Assembly: GCA_951804945.1 (NCBI GenBank)
Contig: OX638164.1
Location: forward strand, 41,664,001-41,728,000
DNA: 64,000 bases
Source: Podarcis cretensis
Lineage: Eukaryota
Direction of reading: 5' to 3'
Shown here: positions 52,396-64,000 of the stretch, piece by piece
Layout of the letters: each line of letters starts with the position of its first letter
Numbering within the stretch: the first letter of the stretch is position 1
Notes under the pieces: model-generated
The model's input: only the letters and a program-made list of their open reading frames with translations
Told to the model about the DNA's origin: nothing
The model's database searches: none
Program-made: the position numbers and the translations under genes

Positions 52396-53338
52396 GTTGC
52401 ACATGTAATAAAGCTGCTCCGCTTCCAGGCAGGGCGGTGTTGCACGCTGGCCACGGGCTCTCCCCATGTACAGCAGGGGCGTAGCAATGCCCCTGCATTA
52501 GAGGGGATTCCTGGCCGGGTCACGCACCTGGCTGACCAATCTAGTTGGCTGGGGGGGCATGGCTTGCTGCATTTAAACAGCCGTGTGGCCGGAAATCGCC
52601 CTCTCAGTTCCTGCTTCATGGATCTCCCGCCCTCCTGCCCTCTTTTCATGTGTTCACTATATTGGTCTTCCTATAGACCTTGGCTAATAGCCTGTTGAGG
52701 GGGCCTGGTAGGATTTTTTCCACTTGGCAACTTGGCACCAGCCACTTGGTTTTCGCCTACCTCATAGCAATCATCACAACTTTGTAAAGTTTAGTGGTTA
52801 GGCATTGGTAAAACCTGGTTCCGGGGAGGGGATGTGTGGCCATCCCCTGCCCCTCCATTTTAAGGGTATTCCATTAAAGGGATCCGGGGGTGTGGATCTC
52901 GTCCGAAGCCCGGGTAGGGGCTAGGGCGGACATAGGCAAACTCGGCCCTCCAGCTTTGAGACCACAGTTCCCATCATCCCTGACCACTGGTCCTGTTAGC
53001 TAGGGATGATGGGAGTTGTGGTCCCAAAATATCTGGAGGGCCGGGTTTGCCTACGCCTGGGCTAGGGCCATGCCACGACCCCATCGGGGACCCTGGGGGA
53101 GCTCTCAGTTGATGTACATCAACAGGGCTCCCCCTACTGGTGGTTGACCCTCACTGGACTCCCTGCATGGTGGGCAGGAGTCAGATATAGTCGGTTCAGT
53201 TCCAATGCCTAAGCCGATACCGCTCACATTCTGTAACCAATAAAGTTGTGGCCTTAATTTGCCCATTAACCTAAAATACTGGTGTCCAAGTGTCTTATTA
53301 TTCAACAAATGGGGGAGCTTGGGACCTTGATGCGCAAC
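52396..53338 (+). mobile_element. LTR-like element, possibly a DIRS/Ngaro-type terminal repeat
   Basis: GTTGCACAT...ATGCGCAAC inverted ends, CCAAT, TTTAAA, AATAAAGTTGTGGCC, CpG-rich relative to flanks. Confidence 0.45.
52927..53059. mobile_element. hAT MITE nested in the LTR-like element
   Basis: CGGACATAGGCAAAC / GTTTGCCTACGCCTG; perfect TSD GGCTAGGG. Confidence 0.85.
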
Positions 53339-54122
53339 TATGGATACACCTGAAGGACTGCCTGCCACTGTGTAGAACTGTATGATCACCTAAGGGGTGG
53401 AGTCAGGCTTAGGGATAAAATGTGACCCTCCAGGCTTTTATGTCATGTGAAAGCTCAAATGTAATGCAGAAATGAACAGTTAGGGAAACTGGGAAAACAG
53501 AACAAACGGCCGTGTGGATGTGGCCTTTCTGTTGCATGAAAGACAGACATGCCTCCACCTCAGGCGCACACACTTCCTTTGGGTTCTGCCTTGGTCTCTG
53601 ATGCTCTTCATGAGAAGTTCATATGAGAAAGGAAAGAAATAATTGCTTTGCTCTTCTGGTGCTGTGCTAGAGGTCAGCATTGCAAAGGCACCACTGAGTA
53701 GAGGCTTTTTTAAGGGAGTACTCAGGGGTATGTGGTACCAGCACCTCTTTTTGTTGTTGTTAAAAAGTGTGGCACTTACTGGAACTACATGTTGGGTACC
53801 GGCACCTAGAAAAAAACTTCTTTCTAGAAAAAAAGCACTGCCACAGAGTAAAGTGTGCTTGCGCTAAACAGAAACAATTTTCATTCATCATTTTAAAGAA
53901 TATTGCTGTTGGGAGAAAATCAAGTCCCCCCCCCTCTCTCTGTGTAAGAAGTGGCATAGGAAGAGTTAATTTCTTGGAGCTTAGAAGAGTGGTAAGTAAG
54001 ATTTGGCTAATGCTGTCTAAAGACATCAGGCACGGCTTCAGTGTGTAGGTTTGAAGCAGAGAAGATGTTTAATTATTTTCAGAGGGAGACAATTAAGAAA
54101 CCCAGATAAAAATGTTAAGTGT

Positions 54123-55285
54123 TAGAATCATAGAATCATAGAATCATAGAGTTGGAAGAGACCACAAGGGCCATCGAGTCCAACCCCCTGCCAAGCAGGA
54201 AACACCATCAGAGCACTCCTGACATATGGTTGTCAAGCCTCTGCTTAAAGACCTCCAAAGAAGGAGACTCCACCACACTCCTTGGCAGCAAATTCCACTG
54301 TCAAACAGCTCTTACTGTCAGGAAGTTCTTCCTAATGTTTAGGTGGAATCTCCTTTCTTGTAGTTTGGAACCATTGCTCCGTGTCCGCTTCTCTGGAGCA
54401 GCAGAAAACAACCTTTCTCCCTCCTCTATGTGACATCCTTTTATATATTTGAACATGGCTATCATATCACCCCTTAACCTCCTCTTCTCCAGGCTAAACA
54501 TGCCCAGCTCCCTTAGCCGTTCCTCATAAGGCATCATTTCCAGGCCTTTGACCATTTTGGTTGCCCTCCTCTGGACACGTTCCAGTTTGTCAGTGTCCTT
54601 CTTGAACTGTGGTGCCCAGAACTGGACACAGTACTCCAGGTGAGGTCTGACCAGAGCAGAATACAGTGGCACTATTACTTCTCTTGATCTAGATGCTATA
54701 CTCCTATTGATGCAGCCCAGAATTGCATTGGCTTTTTTAGCTGCCGTGTCACACTGTTGGCTCATGTCAAGTTTGTGGTCAACCAAGATTCCTAGATCCT
54801 TTTCATATGTACTGCTCTCAAGCCAGGTGTCACCCATCTTGTATTTGTGCCTCTCATTTTTTTTTGCCCAAGTGCAATACTTTACATTTCTCCCTGTTAA
54901 AATTCATCTTGTTTGTTTTGGCCCAGTTCTCTAATCTGTCAAGGTCGTTTTGAAGTGTGCTCCTGTCCTCTGGGGTGTTAGCCACCCCTCCCAGTTTGGT
55001 GTCATCTGCAAATTTGATCAGGATGCCCTTGAGTCCAGCATCCAAGTCGTTGATAAAGATGTTGAATAAGACGGGGCCCAAGACAGAACCCTGTGGCACC
55101 CCACTAGTCACTCTTCTCCAGGATGAAGAGGAACCATTGATGAGCACCCTTTGGGTTCGGTCAGTCAGCCAGTTACAAATCCACTGAGTGGTAGCATAGT
55201 CAAGTCCGCATTTTACCAGCTTCTTTACAAGAATATCATGGGGCACCTTGTCAAATGCCTTGCTGAAATCAAGGTAGGCTACATC
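54123..55285 (-). mobile_element. CR1 LINE, 5'-truncated
   Basis: [16 protein letters not shown]...[10 protein letters not shown]...FADDTKL...; tail reads (TAGAATCA)n on the + strand. Confidence 0.95.
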
Positions 55286-55763
55286 TTGTAGCCTAAGTAA
55301 GTTCTAAGTAAGTTTCTTTAAAACGTTCAATTACTTACATAAACAGAGCACATTCAAAAAAGGTTGCTTTCCTTCCAGACTTGTGCAGAAATAGTTGGTG
55401 GCATATGTTATCTGGGTAAATGGCTAATTTTAATTGGGTGATGGTTTCTAGAAATGATAAAGTAGAAGGTTTTTTTTTGTGAGCCATCATATCACCTTAA
55501 AAGCAGCCCTTTGTACATTGCAAATGGGTTAGAATGATCCTACTCCTGTTGCATTCATACACTTTGTACTTTTATCTTTTATTATCTCAGATGGATATTT
55601 TATCTGATTTCCTGATAGAGGAGTTGGGGCTTATCTGCTTAGGAGATTCACTACAGCACCCATAAATTCTACTCCTTCAAGTGTGTTTGTGGAGCGGATA
55701 GGCTGCAGTTGACCCTGAAAAGTTTGAGGGAAAGAAGTCTACACATGCTCAGATGTACTCTGT

Positions 55764-55764
<1 letters not shown>

Positions 55765-55805
<41 letters not shown>
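55765..55805. repeat. (CA)n microsatellite
   Basis: Direct reading. Confidence 0.95.
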
Positions 55806-55808
<3 letters not shown>

Positions 55809-56224
55809 ATAATCATTAAGATGACTGGTTAACCAAAAACAAAAATTAAACAGCAACCAAGTCCTGTTGACATAAAAAGTCTTCCGAAACATCTGAACAT
55901 CAAAAGTGAAGATGCTTCTGAATGTCTGCTGGACAAGTGCTCCACAGTATTAGGCTGGCCCAGCAACACTCAATGTTTGGCTTCCAGTTGAGGCGAGATG
56001 AGCTTCTATAACACAGAGGGAAGCTCACACTCTCCCTGTGGATGTTCTCAGTGATTGAGCTTGAATATTTTAAGATAGCAGAGAGCACACCCAATTCTCT
56101 CTCTCTCCCTCATGCAACCTTTTGTCCTCACAACAACTTTGGGAGATAAACCAGCCTGAGAGGTAGTGACTAGCATCATGCACTGAGCTTCCTAGCTGAG
56201 TGGGGTTTGAACATTGGTCTAGTC

Positions 56225-56450
56225 CCATGGTTCCCAACGTGGGGCACATGTCCCACAGGGGGGCAATTTGATTTTTAAGAGGGGCAATTTGAGAATGAGT
56301 TATTAACAGTGAATGGCCTTTTAGGCTTCCTCCATATGAATAAGAGTTCACTTTTTGAATGATAAGAGTTATATGTCACAGGGGGTGGGGGCATCAGGAT
56401 TTTAGAGATGCGTAGGTGGGGCATGGGCAAAAAAAGGTTGGGAACCACTG
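56225..56450. mobile_element. hAT MITE
   Basis: ..TGGTTCCCAAC / GTTGGGAACCACTG; perfect TSD GTCTAGTC. Confidence 0.8.
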
Positions 56451-57507
56451 GTCTAGTCAAACGTTTTAACCATTATACAACACTCTTGTAACATTCTTCC
56501 TATTTTAAACGGAAGGACATGGGGTGAGGGAGGCCTTCAGCAAACTGAGGATCTTTGCAAGGCACACATGCAGTGTTCGAAACTCCCATTGCTTTAGGTG
56601 CATTTTGCAACAGGGAATTTGATTAGCGCAAGGAGTTTCTGAGCTCTGGGTGCAGTACTGCGCCTAAGATTTCAGATTAAAACTGCAGAATGTTCTGCCT
56701 CCCCACTTCTGGGTAATCTGTGAAGACTGGAGAAGAGACCCTCTTAAGAATATTATGGGGTGGGCAGGCGAAGGACTAGACCATGTGAAAAATAAACATA
56801 ATATTTTAGCTGCAGTTCATTTTCTTTGTATTCTTGTTATAATAAAGCACGCCTAGACATTCTGTCGTTGCACCCACAACTCAGGTTTAAGGTGCCTTTT
56901 AGCCCCTGCTTTCATATCTCAGTTTCTAACACTGCACACATGTTTAAAAAGGGAAGAAGAAAACAGTGTGCAGTACTTTGGCATGGTATGGATTATCACA
57001 CCATAGCTACACCCATAGGTGGTGTAACTGATAATGTCAGCCTAGGTTTAAACAGCCATCAGAGGGCATGTAAATGACATAGGTTAGAGGAAATTAACAT
57101 CTCGTTCATCTTTTTTCATCACTTAATCACCCAGCCATTCCTGGGAAAGATGTGATCACAGCATATGTGTGTGTGATTTTAGTCTATGCCATATTATTAT
57201 AACCTGCAAATTGAGGTGTGTGTGCAAAATAATGTTTCCCTCTCTTTAGTGTATGCTGTGCCCTTCAAATAGTTACAGAAGCAACTCAGGAGGTACTCTT
57301 CTCATTTCCCAGCAGTCTTTTATATTTTTGAAAGGCTTGCAACTGAATGCATGGAACCAGCCTTACACCTGCATTGATTACCTTGATTATCATGGCTGTT
57401 TTTCATAATGAACCACAGACTGGTTATTTCCTGTCCAGTTATCGACCAGATCAAACCTTTTGTAACTTTATCAGGGCTCCTATATTATCTTGTACCTTCA
57501 GCTCATG

Positions 57508-57881
57508 TGTGATGGACAGCTGAGCAAGACCAGAGTCCAGTGATGCAGTGCCTAAGGATTCCACCAGACGGCTGAAGCCTTTCTCTGATTGGCTACCGAT
57601 AGCTAGCCAGAGGGGGTGGAGCCAGTACTTTGGGAGGGAAAATAAAAGGAGCTGTTTTTGAGAGAATCCTCAAATATGGAGACCGTTTAAGAGAGCAGAA
57701 AGAATTGCTTCTCTCTGTGTAACACCCACTAGTTTTAGTATTTTTATTAATTAGTTAAGTGTGCCCTAAAAGAACTTTTCTTCCTGACACAAAGTTTTGC
57801 AAACTTTGTTCTGTAAAATAAACCTTTTCTTATTAGTTCACCTTCTGCCTGAGTCTCCAAGTGTTGAAGTTTTGCCTCACA
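57508..57881 (+). mobile_element. Possible solo LTR
   Basis: TGTGA...TCACA termini, ATTGG box, A-rich TATA-like site, AATAAA; no clear TSD. Confidence 0.4.
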
Positions 57882-57928
57882 CAAAACCCACAAGTTAATC
57901 CGTGATGTTTATATAGGGTCTGTGGAGG

Positions 57929-58309
57929 GGGGACATGGGTGGCACTGTGGTCTAAACCACTGAGCCTCTTGGGCTTGCTGATCGGAAGGTCAGCGGTTTG
58001 AATCTGTGTGACGGAGTGAGCTCCCATTGTTCTGTCCCAGTTCTTGCCAGCCTAGCAGTTCTAAAGCACGCCAGTGCAAGTAGATAAGTAGGTACCACTG
58101 TGGTAGGAAGGTGAACAGCATTTCTGTGCACTCTGGTTTCTGCCACAGTGTTCCGTTGCACCAGAAGCAGTTAAGCCATGCTGGCCATATGACCCAGAAA
58201 GCTGTCTGTGGACAAATGCTGGCTCCCTTGGTTTGAAAGTGAGATGAGCGCCGCAACCCCATAGTCACCTTTGACTGGACCTAACTGTCCAGGGGTCCTT
58301 TACCTTTTA
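57929..58309 (+). mobile_element. Sauria SINE
   Basis: Matches the other copies; near-TSD TCT(G/A)TGGAGG. Confidence 0.88.
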
Positions 58310-59851
58310 TCTATGGAGGCGGGGGGGGGGTTGCCTCAACATTCCCTTGGACCTCCCTGCAATTTAGAAGAAGCCAGGGAAGGTCTTCTTCAAGTTCAGA
58401 GGTACAGAGAGGTCAGCCTGCAGGGGTGGTGCTAGGAGCTTTATAAGACTCTGCGTCTAGAAACAGATTTGCCTCTGGAATAATTAAGGTGGTGGGTGGG
58501 ATCTCTGGCTCCCCTGTAAGCCCAAGGGTGGCTTCTGTTATGTTTGGATGTCATCTTCCATCAGTACCAGCCAACATGGTCAATGGTCTGGGATGATGGG
58601 AGTGATAGCTTAATAACATCCTTCTTAGCTACCCCTGGTGTTAGCAAAGTAAAAATGCTGGTTTTCAAAAGCAGCGAAGGAGTGGAGAATCTGGAGTGTA
58701 ATATGTCTGTAGCTGCCACCCCTTGCAACACCCCTGCAGATCAGTCCATACAAGGAGGGTCTTTTCAGTGGCTGCTCAAGTGCTTTGCAACCTTTTTCTG
58801 ATCCTTTTTGAGATGGGTCCAAAACTTGCCTTCTTGAGATTTCTTTTGGAGATAACCCCCTGCTGTTGGTTATCTGCTAATTTATCATATTTCTAGTTTG
58901 CTTATTAATATATATTACATATATGTTTTGGTTTAATTTTAGTGCTATTCATTTTATCATGCTCAGCTGTGAAAGTGCTTGCTGGAAAGCAGTTTCAAAA
59001 ATCCCCCAATAAATAAGAATAAATCATGTGAGTTTAAGGTCCATGTGATTGGTTTCACTCACATGACTGAAGGTCCTTAGGCCATGGGTGGGAAGTCTGT
59101 GCCACCCCCCAGCAAGACCTTGCAAGACTACAATTTCCATCACCCCTGACCATTGGCCTTCCTGGTTGGGGCTGATGGCAGTTGGAGTCCAAAAACATCT
59201 TGGGGGTTATAGATTAGGCACCTCTGCTTCTTAGACGTTAGACCAGCACTATGGGATGATGAATCTTTTGGAAAATTGCCTCCCATGGAGCAAACATGAC
59301 CTGTAAAGTGAATCTATAAAATTGCTTTTTAAAAATATGAATGCTTATGCTGTTCCCTTGTTTTGTTACACACTCTGGATTGCAGGCAGCATGCTCTCTC
59401 TCTCCCCCCCCCCCATTAAAATATTCCTGCACCATAAAAGACCCAAGGAAGTCGGAGAAGAGCCCTGCTTATTTGGTCCGTCAAAAGCCTTCCATTAAAC
59501 AAGAAGTCAGGCAAATGTACAATGCAGTGTCAGCATCACTTGTTGACAAGAGTGCCTGGAAAGGATCCTTTGGGACATTTTTGTTTAAGAGGAGGGAGGG
59601 AGGGAAGTCCTTTATCTTTAAGCATTTCCCAGTGTCCCTTCAAGACATCTGGTTCTCTCATTTTCTCTCTCTTGACTTCTGTGCTTTCAAAAATATCACT
59701 GTCAGATTTTTTTTTTTTTTTTACTATTTAGCCAAGCAACATAACAGAGCGGTGGTCCTGCATGATAACTTGCTTGAGACATGGCTGTCCTTCAGAGGCA
59801 GTGACCTTAACCGTTTTGCCAGCTCGAGTTTTGACATGATTTTGTGTTCTT

Positions 59852-59855
<4 letters not shown>

Positions 59856-59915
<60 letters not shown>
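59856..59915. repeat. (TC)n microsatellite
   Basis: Direct reading. Confidence 0.95.
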
Positions 59916-61599
59916 CCCCTCCAGCCTCCTCCCCTCTGAATTACAGCTCAACCTTGTTAAGTTAAAGTTCTGTATTACATGCTTGCATCATCAGGTTTAA
60001 CATATTGGGTGGCATTTTTTACTTGTATGAGAAAATCTGACTTTTGATTTTAAAAATAACACTATTCAAACACTAGGAATGCCATTATGTCAATTAAAAA
60101 TCTGGTGTGCTTTTTAAACAAATGAATTTAATAACAGCTAGGATAAAATTCCTAACAGAAATTCACATTTGAAGGCTGAAAGACACTGTTCATGGCAACC
60201 TTGAGATCATTGGATGAGATAATGAACTGAATTGATTAAATACAAATTATTTTAAAATATAAATTTTAAGTCTTTCAGGGGCTAACTACATTTTATTTAT
60301 TACTTTATTACTTTTAATTTATCATGTGATTACGTCGTGCAATAAAAGTAAACTGCAAAATGTGTGCTACAGAAGAAGGCAGCTTTGGTAGAGGGAAATT
60401 TCAAGTGGAGACGTAGTAGTGGGGAGTTGAGATTGCTTAACCTATGGGATTGCTTAGCCTATGCTTAACCCTCTGTTTCTCCGCTCCAAATCATTCCCCA
60501 AACAGCTTCTTTACTAGTTTCCACCGATCTCTGCACAGGCTCTGGAACTCTTTCCCAAGGGAGGCTTGTCTCAACCCCTCTCTGATGGTCCTTTGTAGGA
60601 TGGCCAAAATCCCCATTTTTGGAAGACTTTTGGGCTATAAATAGTTGCTCCCTTTTTAAAGTTGTTTTTAATGGCAGTGGTTAAATTATTTGTAATACTT
60701 CATATTTTAAATCTTTTCCTCCCTCTGCTGTTTTAGGCTGTGGTCCTAAACATGGCCACTTGGGAAAAAGCTCTCTTGAATGAAATGGGACTTCTTTCTG
60801 GGGGGCAGTGTGGGAAGAGTAGTATATTCAATTTGCATTATAATGTGAATCTACACAGGTCATACTTCCTGAAGCAAAATGTGAGCCAAAAAGCAGTGAT
60901 CCTTCAAAATAACACTTTCCCAAAGTATGTTCAAAACCAGCAACATATATTACTAATATACTATGTATATATACTATGTATATAAGTAAAAACATTATAC
61001 AAAAATTATTATGGAATGTTGCTTATAAAAATGCATATATCGGGAGAAATGCACTCCAAAATGCATTTTAATCCTGATTATTTTTTTTAAAGAACAGCTT
61101 GCAACTTGATACAGAAAGGGGCTGAAATGAAATTTGGAAAAATGCCAAAACTAAGAGAAACCAAATTGAGATTTGTTGGTCCCTACTTCTGAGGAAAACA
61201 TGCTTGGAATTGCAGTTTACTTATTGGTGCTTCACTGCTCTGTTGTCAAATGAATTAAATAATTCTAATGTGATATTATTAGTTGATTGTGCTTGCTGCA
61301 GGGAAGGTACGGTATATATGCTTTACACTTGTGTGGTAGCCCTGTAAGCTCACTTAGATAACCTGGGGAAATTCTACCTATGGTACAACACCCTGTAGAA
61401 TATCATTGGGTGGTGACCCAAATATGGGCGTTTTCTGCTATTGCTCTGTTTTATGGATTCCCCTTCCCTCTGCCAGTTGCTTCAGAAGCCTTGTGAATGC
61501 ATGTCTCTCTGCACAGGCTTTCTTGACCCATTAGATCAGCCCTTACTTTTATTTCTTTGAATTCACCAAATTCCTGTTTTTATTTGTTTGTTTTATGTA

Positions 61600-61765
61600 C
61601 TGTATTTTTCGCTCTATAACACGCACCTGACCATAACACGCACGTAGTTTTTAGAGGAAAATCCGTAGGCATGCCACCCGTAGGCATTTCCTCCATAACA
61701 CGCACAGACATTTCCCCTTACTTTCTAGGAGGAAAAAAGTGAGTGTTATGGTGCAAAAAATACGG
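61600..61765. mobile_element. Tc1/mariner-superfamily MITE related to 2231-2699
   Basis: CTGTATTTTTCGC...GCAAAAAATACGG; TA TSD; shared subterminal CATTTCCCCTT motif. Confidence 0.8.
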
Positions 61766-64000
61766 TACTTTTATGCTACTTTTATGGTTTTATGTTGTTC
61801 TTTTGTTTCAACAATATTTTTCCTTGTCTTTACTTTGTATAGTGCTCAGAGTCCATTCCCCCAAATATTAAGTGGTTCATACATGCTTTAAAATAGATAA
61901 CTAACAAATATAAAAACAAAAATGGAACCGTTTAAATAAATTTGGTGGGATTGTGCTAGTCACATGTAAGGTACACTTAACTCCTAAATTGAAATGATTC
62001 ATCTGTGTGTGGCAACGTAATTTGACTGAGATCTACAGGATTTATTTACTGGTAATTCTGAAGTGACAAAAGTTTGATTTCCACACACATGGCTTGTAAC
62101 AGGATACGTTTTTGTTTTTGTTTTAAAAAGCATCCACCCTCCATTTTTTCAGATTTCCTTTTGCCGTGATGATTACAGCTGTTTTCTCAAGACACTTTTT
62201 GAATGTGACTCATATTAATAACTGAGATCGTTCAGGGAGGTGAAACCAAAAGACGCTGGTGAGATGAGTTGGATGAGGGACGACCTTTCACCTTTGGAGG
62301 CATAGATCTGAACTTGAGAAATTAACATTGCCTCCTCAGCTCCTGCTTTGAATCCACATATGGCTAAGACCAAAACTGAAATCTGCAGTTTGGGGGGTGA
62401 TTGGCAGTCACCTCCTCCAGTTGAGGAGGCCCCAAGGTGGAAAGAGTAAGGGATAATGAATTGCTGCCTTGATCCCTAGAGTGTGTGGGGAGGGGGAATA
62501 TTTTTCAGTGGAGTCCCACTCCATTCTGCTGTCACCTCCACTCTTCCAGACCCCCTTGGCTACAAAAGAGGCTTCAGTTTGCAGAGCTATAAATCTTAGC
62601 AGACTTTCTCTTCTCCCCAAAGAAATATCTGAAATGTTCCCTCTTCCTTTGAAACAGAATCCATTTCCTTGAGAGGTATTTGTACTGGATTAGTGATCGT
62701 GTTCCTGATGGTGACAGGAGGGAAGCCAGTGCCAAGAACCCAGGGCCCCTCCTCTGGGTGTGTTTGCTTGTGCACCGATCCAGCTGAGTGTCCTCCTCAA
62801 GGCTTGGCACTTACAGATCATTGCCGGGTGCTCTCTTTCCAGAGGAAAGTTTTGTGGAGGGCTTTTCACACATGACACTTAGTAGCCCCAGCCTATGTAT
62901 GTTTTCTCAAAAGGGAATTCTGTCAAGTTCGGTGAGTCTTACTCTCTAGTCAGTGGGCACAGGACTGGAACATGATTGATTGAGTGAGTGTGTACAACAC
63001 ACACACACACAACCACACACACATCTAGGTTGTATCCAACAAACTTCTTCTGAGTCCCTGAAATTAATGCACCCTAAACTAGCCATACCTGTTAATTTCT
63101 TAGTATGCTCTATGATGAGTGTAAGATAAAACCTATACCTCTATCATTTGATCTTGTAATTCCTTTTGTTTTCATTGTTCAGTAATGCATTCCTTTTGTT
63201 ATTAATCTGTTAAAATAGCAGGCTACTTTTTTTTTTTTTTTTTTGCTGCATAGCATGGAGGTAGGGCATATTTGGCCTTCCAGATTTTGTCAAACCAAGA
63301 CTCCTATCATTTTATTTCTGTGTTTGTTTATTGCACTTATACCCCCCCTTTCCTCCCAAGTTGCTCATGGTTCTCCTTCTCAGTTAATCCCCACAACAGC
63401 CATTTGAGGTATCTTAGACTGAGAGGCAGTCCAACAAGGGCATCCAGTGAGTTTCATGGCTGGTGGGGATTTGAACCCTGGTCTCCCAGGTCCTAGTGCT
63501 CTGATGATTACACCACACTGGCAATCTGGCAAGCATGGCCCAATGGCCAGGGATTATGACATTTGTAGTTCAAAAATCCAACTCTGGAGGACCAAAGGTT
63601 CCCCAAACCTGCATTAGCATTGGTTCATTGTCATCTCCTTTTAATTTCTGTTCAACTTTTGGCAGTGTTGAACAGTGTTTTTTCTTTGGTGGTTATCATT
63701 CCCCTCCCCCACCATCATATAAGCCAGAATGACTAAACATTTGAGCCATTCTGGAAAAATAAAATGGCAGCTGCCAAGAAAGCCTGCCAAGAGATCCTTG
63801 CTCTTGCTTCTGACTCCCAAGTGAGTGACAAATGGGGCATTAAAATATACCCTATTCGTGACATTTGGCTACTCCTTCCATGTGCTCCATAAATTGTGAA
63901 TAATGAGTCAAATATATATGACCATAAAAAGAGCTCTGCTGCATCTAGCCAAAGGCCCATCTAGTCCATCAACCTGGTCTCACAGTGGACAACAGCTTGT

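Noticed and set aside
59341-60000. 219-aa ORF
   Set aside because: Runs through poly-T and a (TC)n microsatellite; intronic; no domain

Overview
Vertebrate genomic DNA, most likely a lacertid lizard, judged from Sauria/Squam-type SINEs, CR1, L2 and hAT/Tc1/Harbinger MITEs. It holds the 5' half of the COE-family transcription factor gene EBF2 on the + strand. Six coding exons with GT-AG junctions join in frame: 13906-14036, 20188-20344, 21980-22043, 24385-24440, 24754-24827 and 34233-34301 (551 nt). They encode the N-terminus and most of the DNA-binding domain, including the HCCC zinc knuckle. The rest of the window (34302-64000) is the start of the long intron 6; I saw no exon 7. The promoter sits in a CpG-rich domain of about 14 kb (~8.2-22 kb). 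Most ORFs in the supplied track are spurious or repeat-derived. I found no new protein-coding system. The best leads are: a minimal hammerhead-ribozyme motif of the Penelope-like-element type, antisense in intron 2; a hairpin-rich LTR/DIRS-like element in intron 6; two near-identical inverted CR1 copies; E-box, octamer and EBF-site clusters that are enhancer candidates; possible leaky-scanning/uORF control of EBF2; and nested or tandem MITE insertions. Repeat family names and orthologue comparisons come from my recognition, not from database searches.
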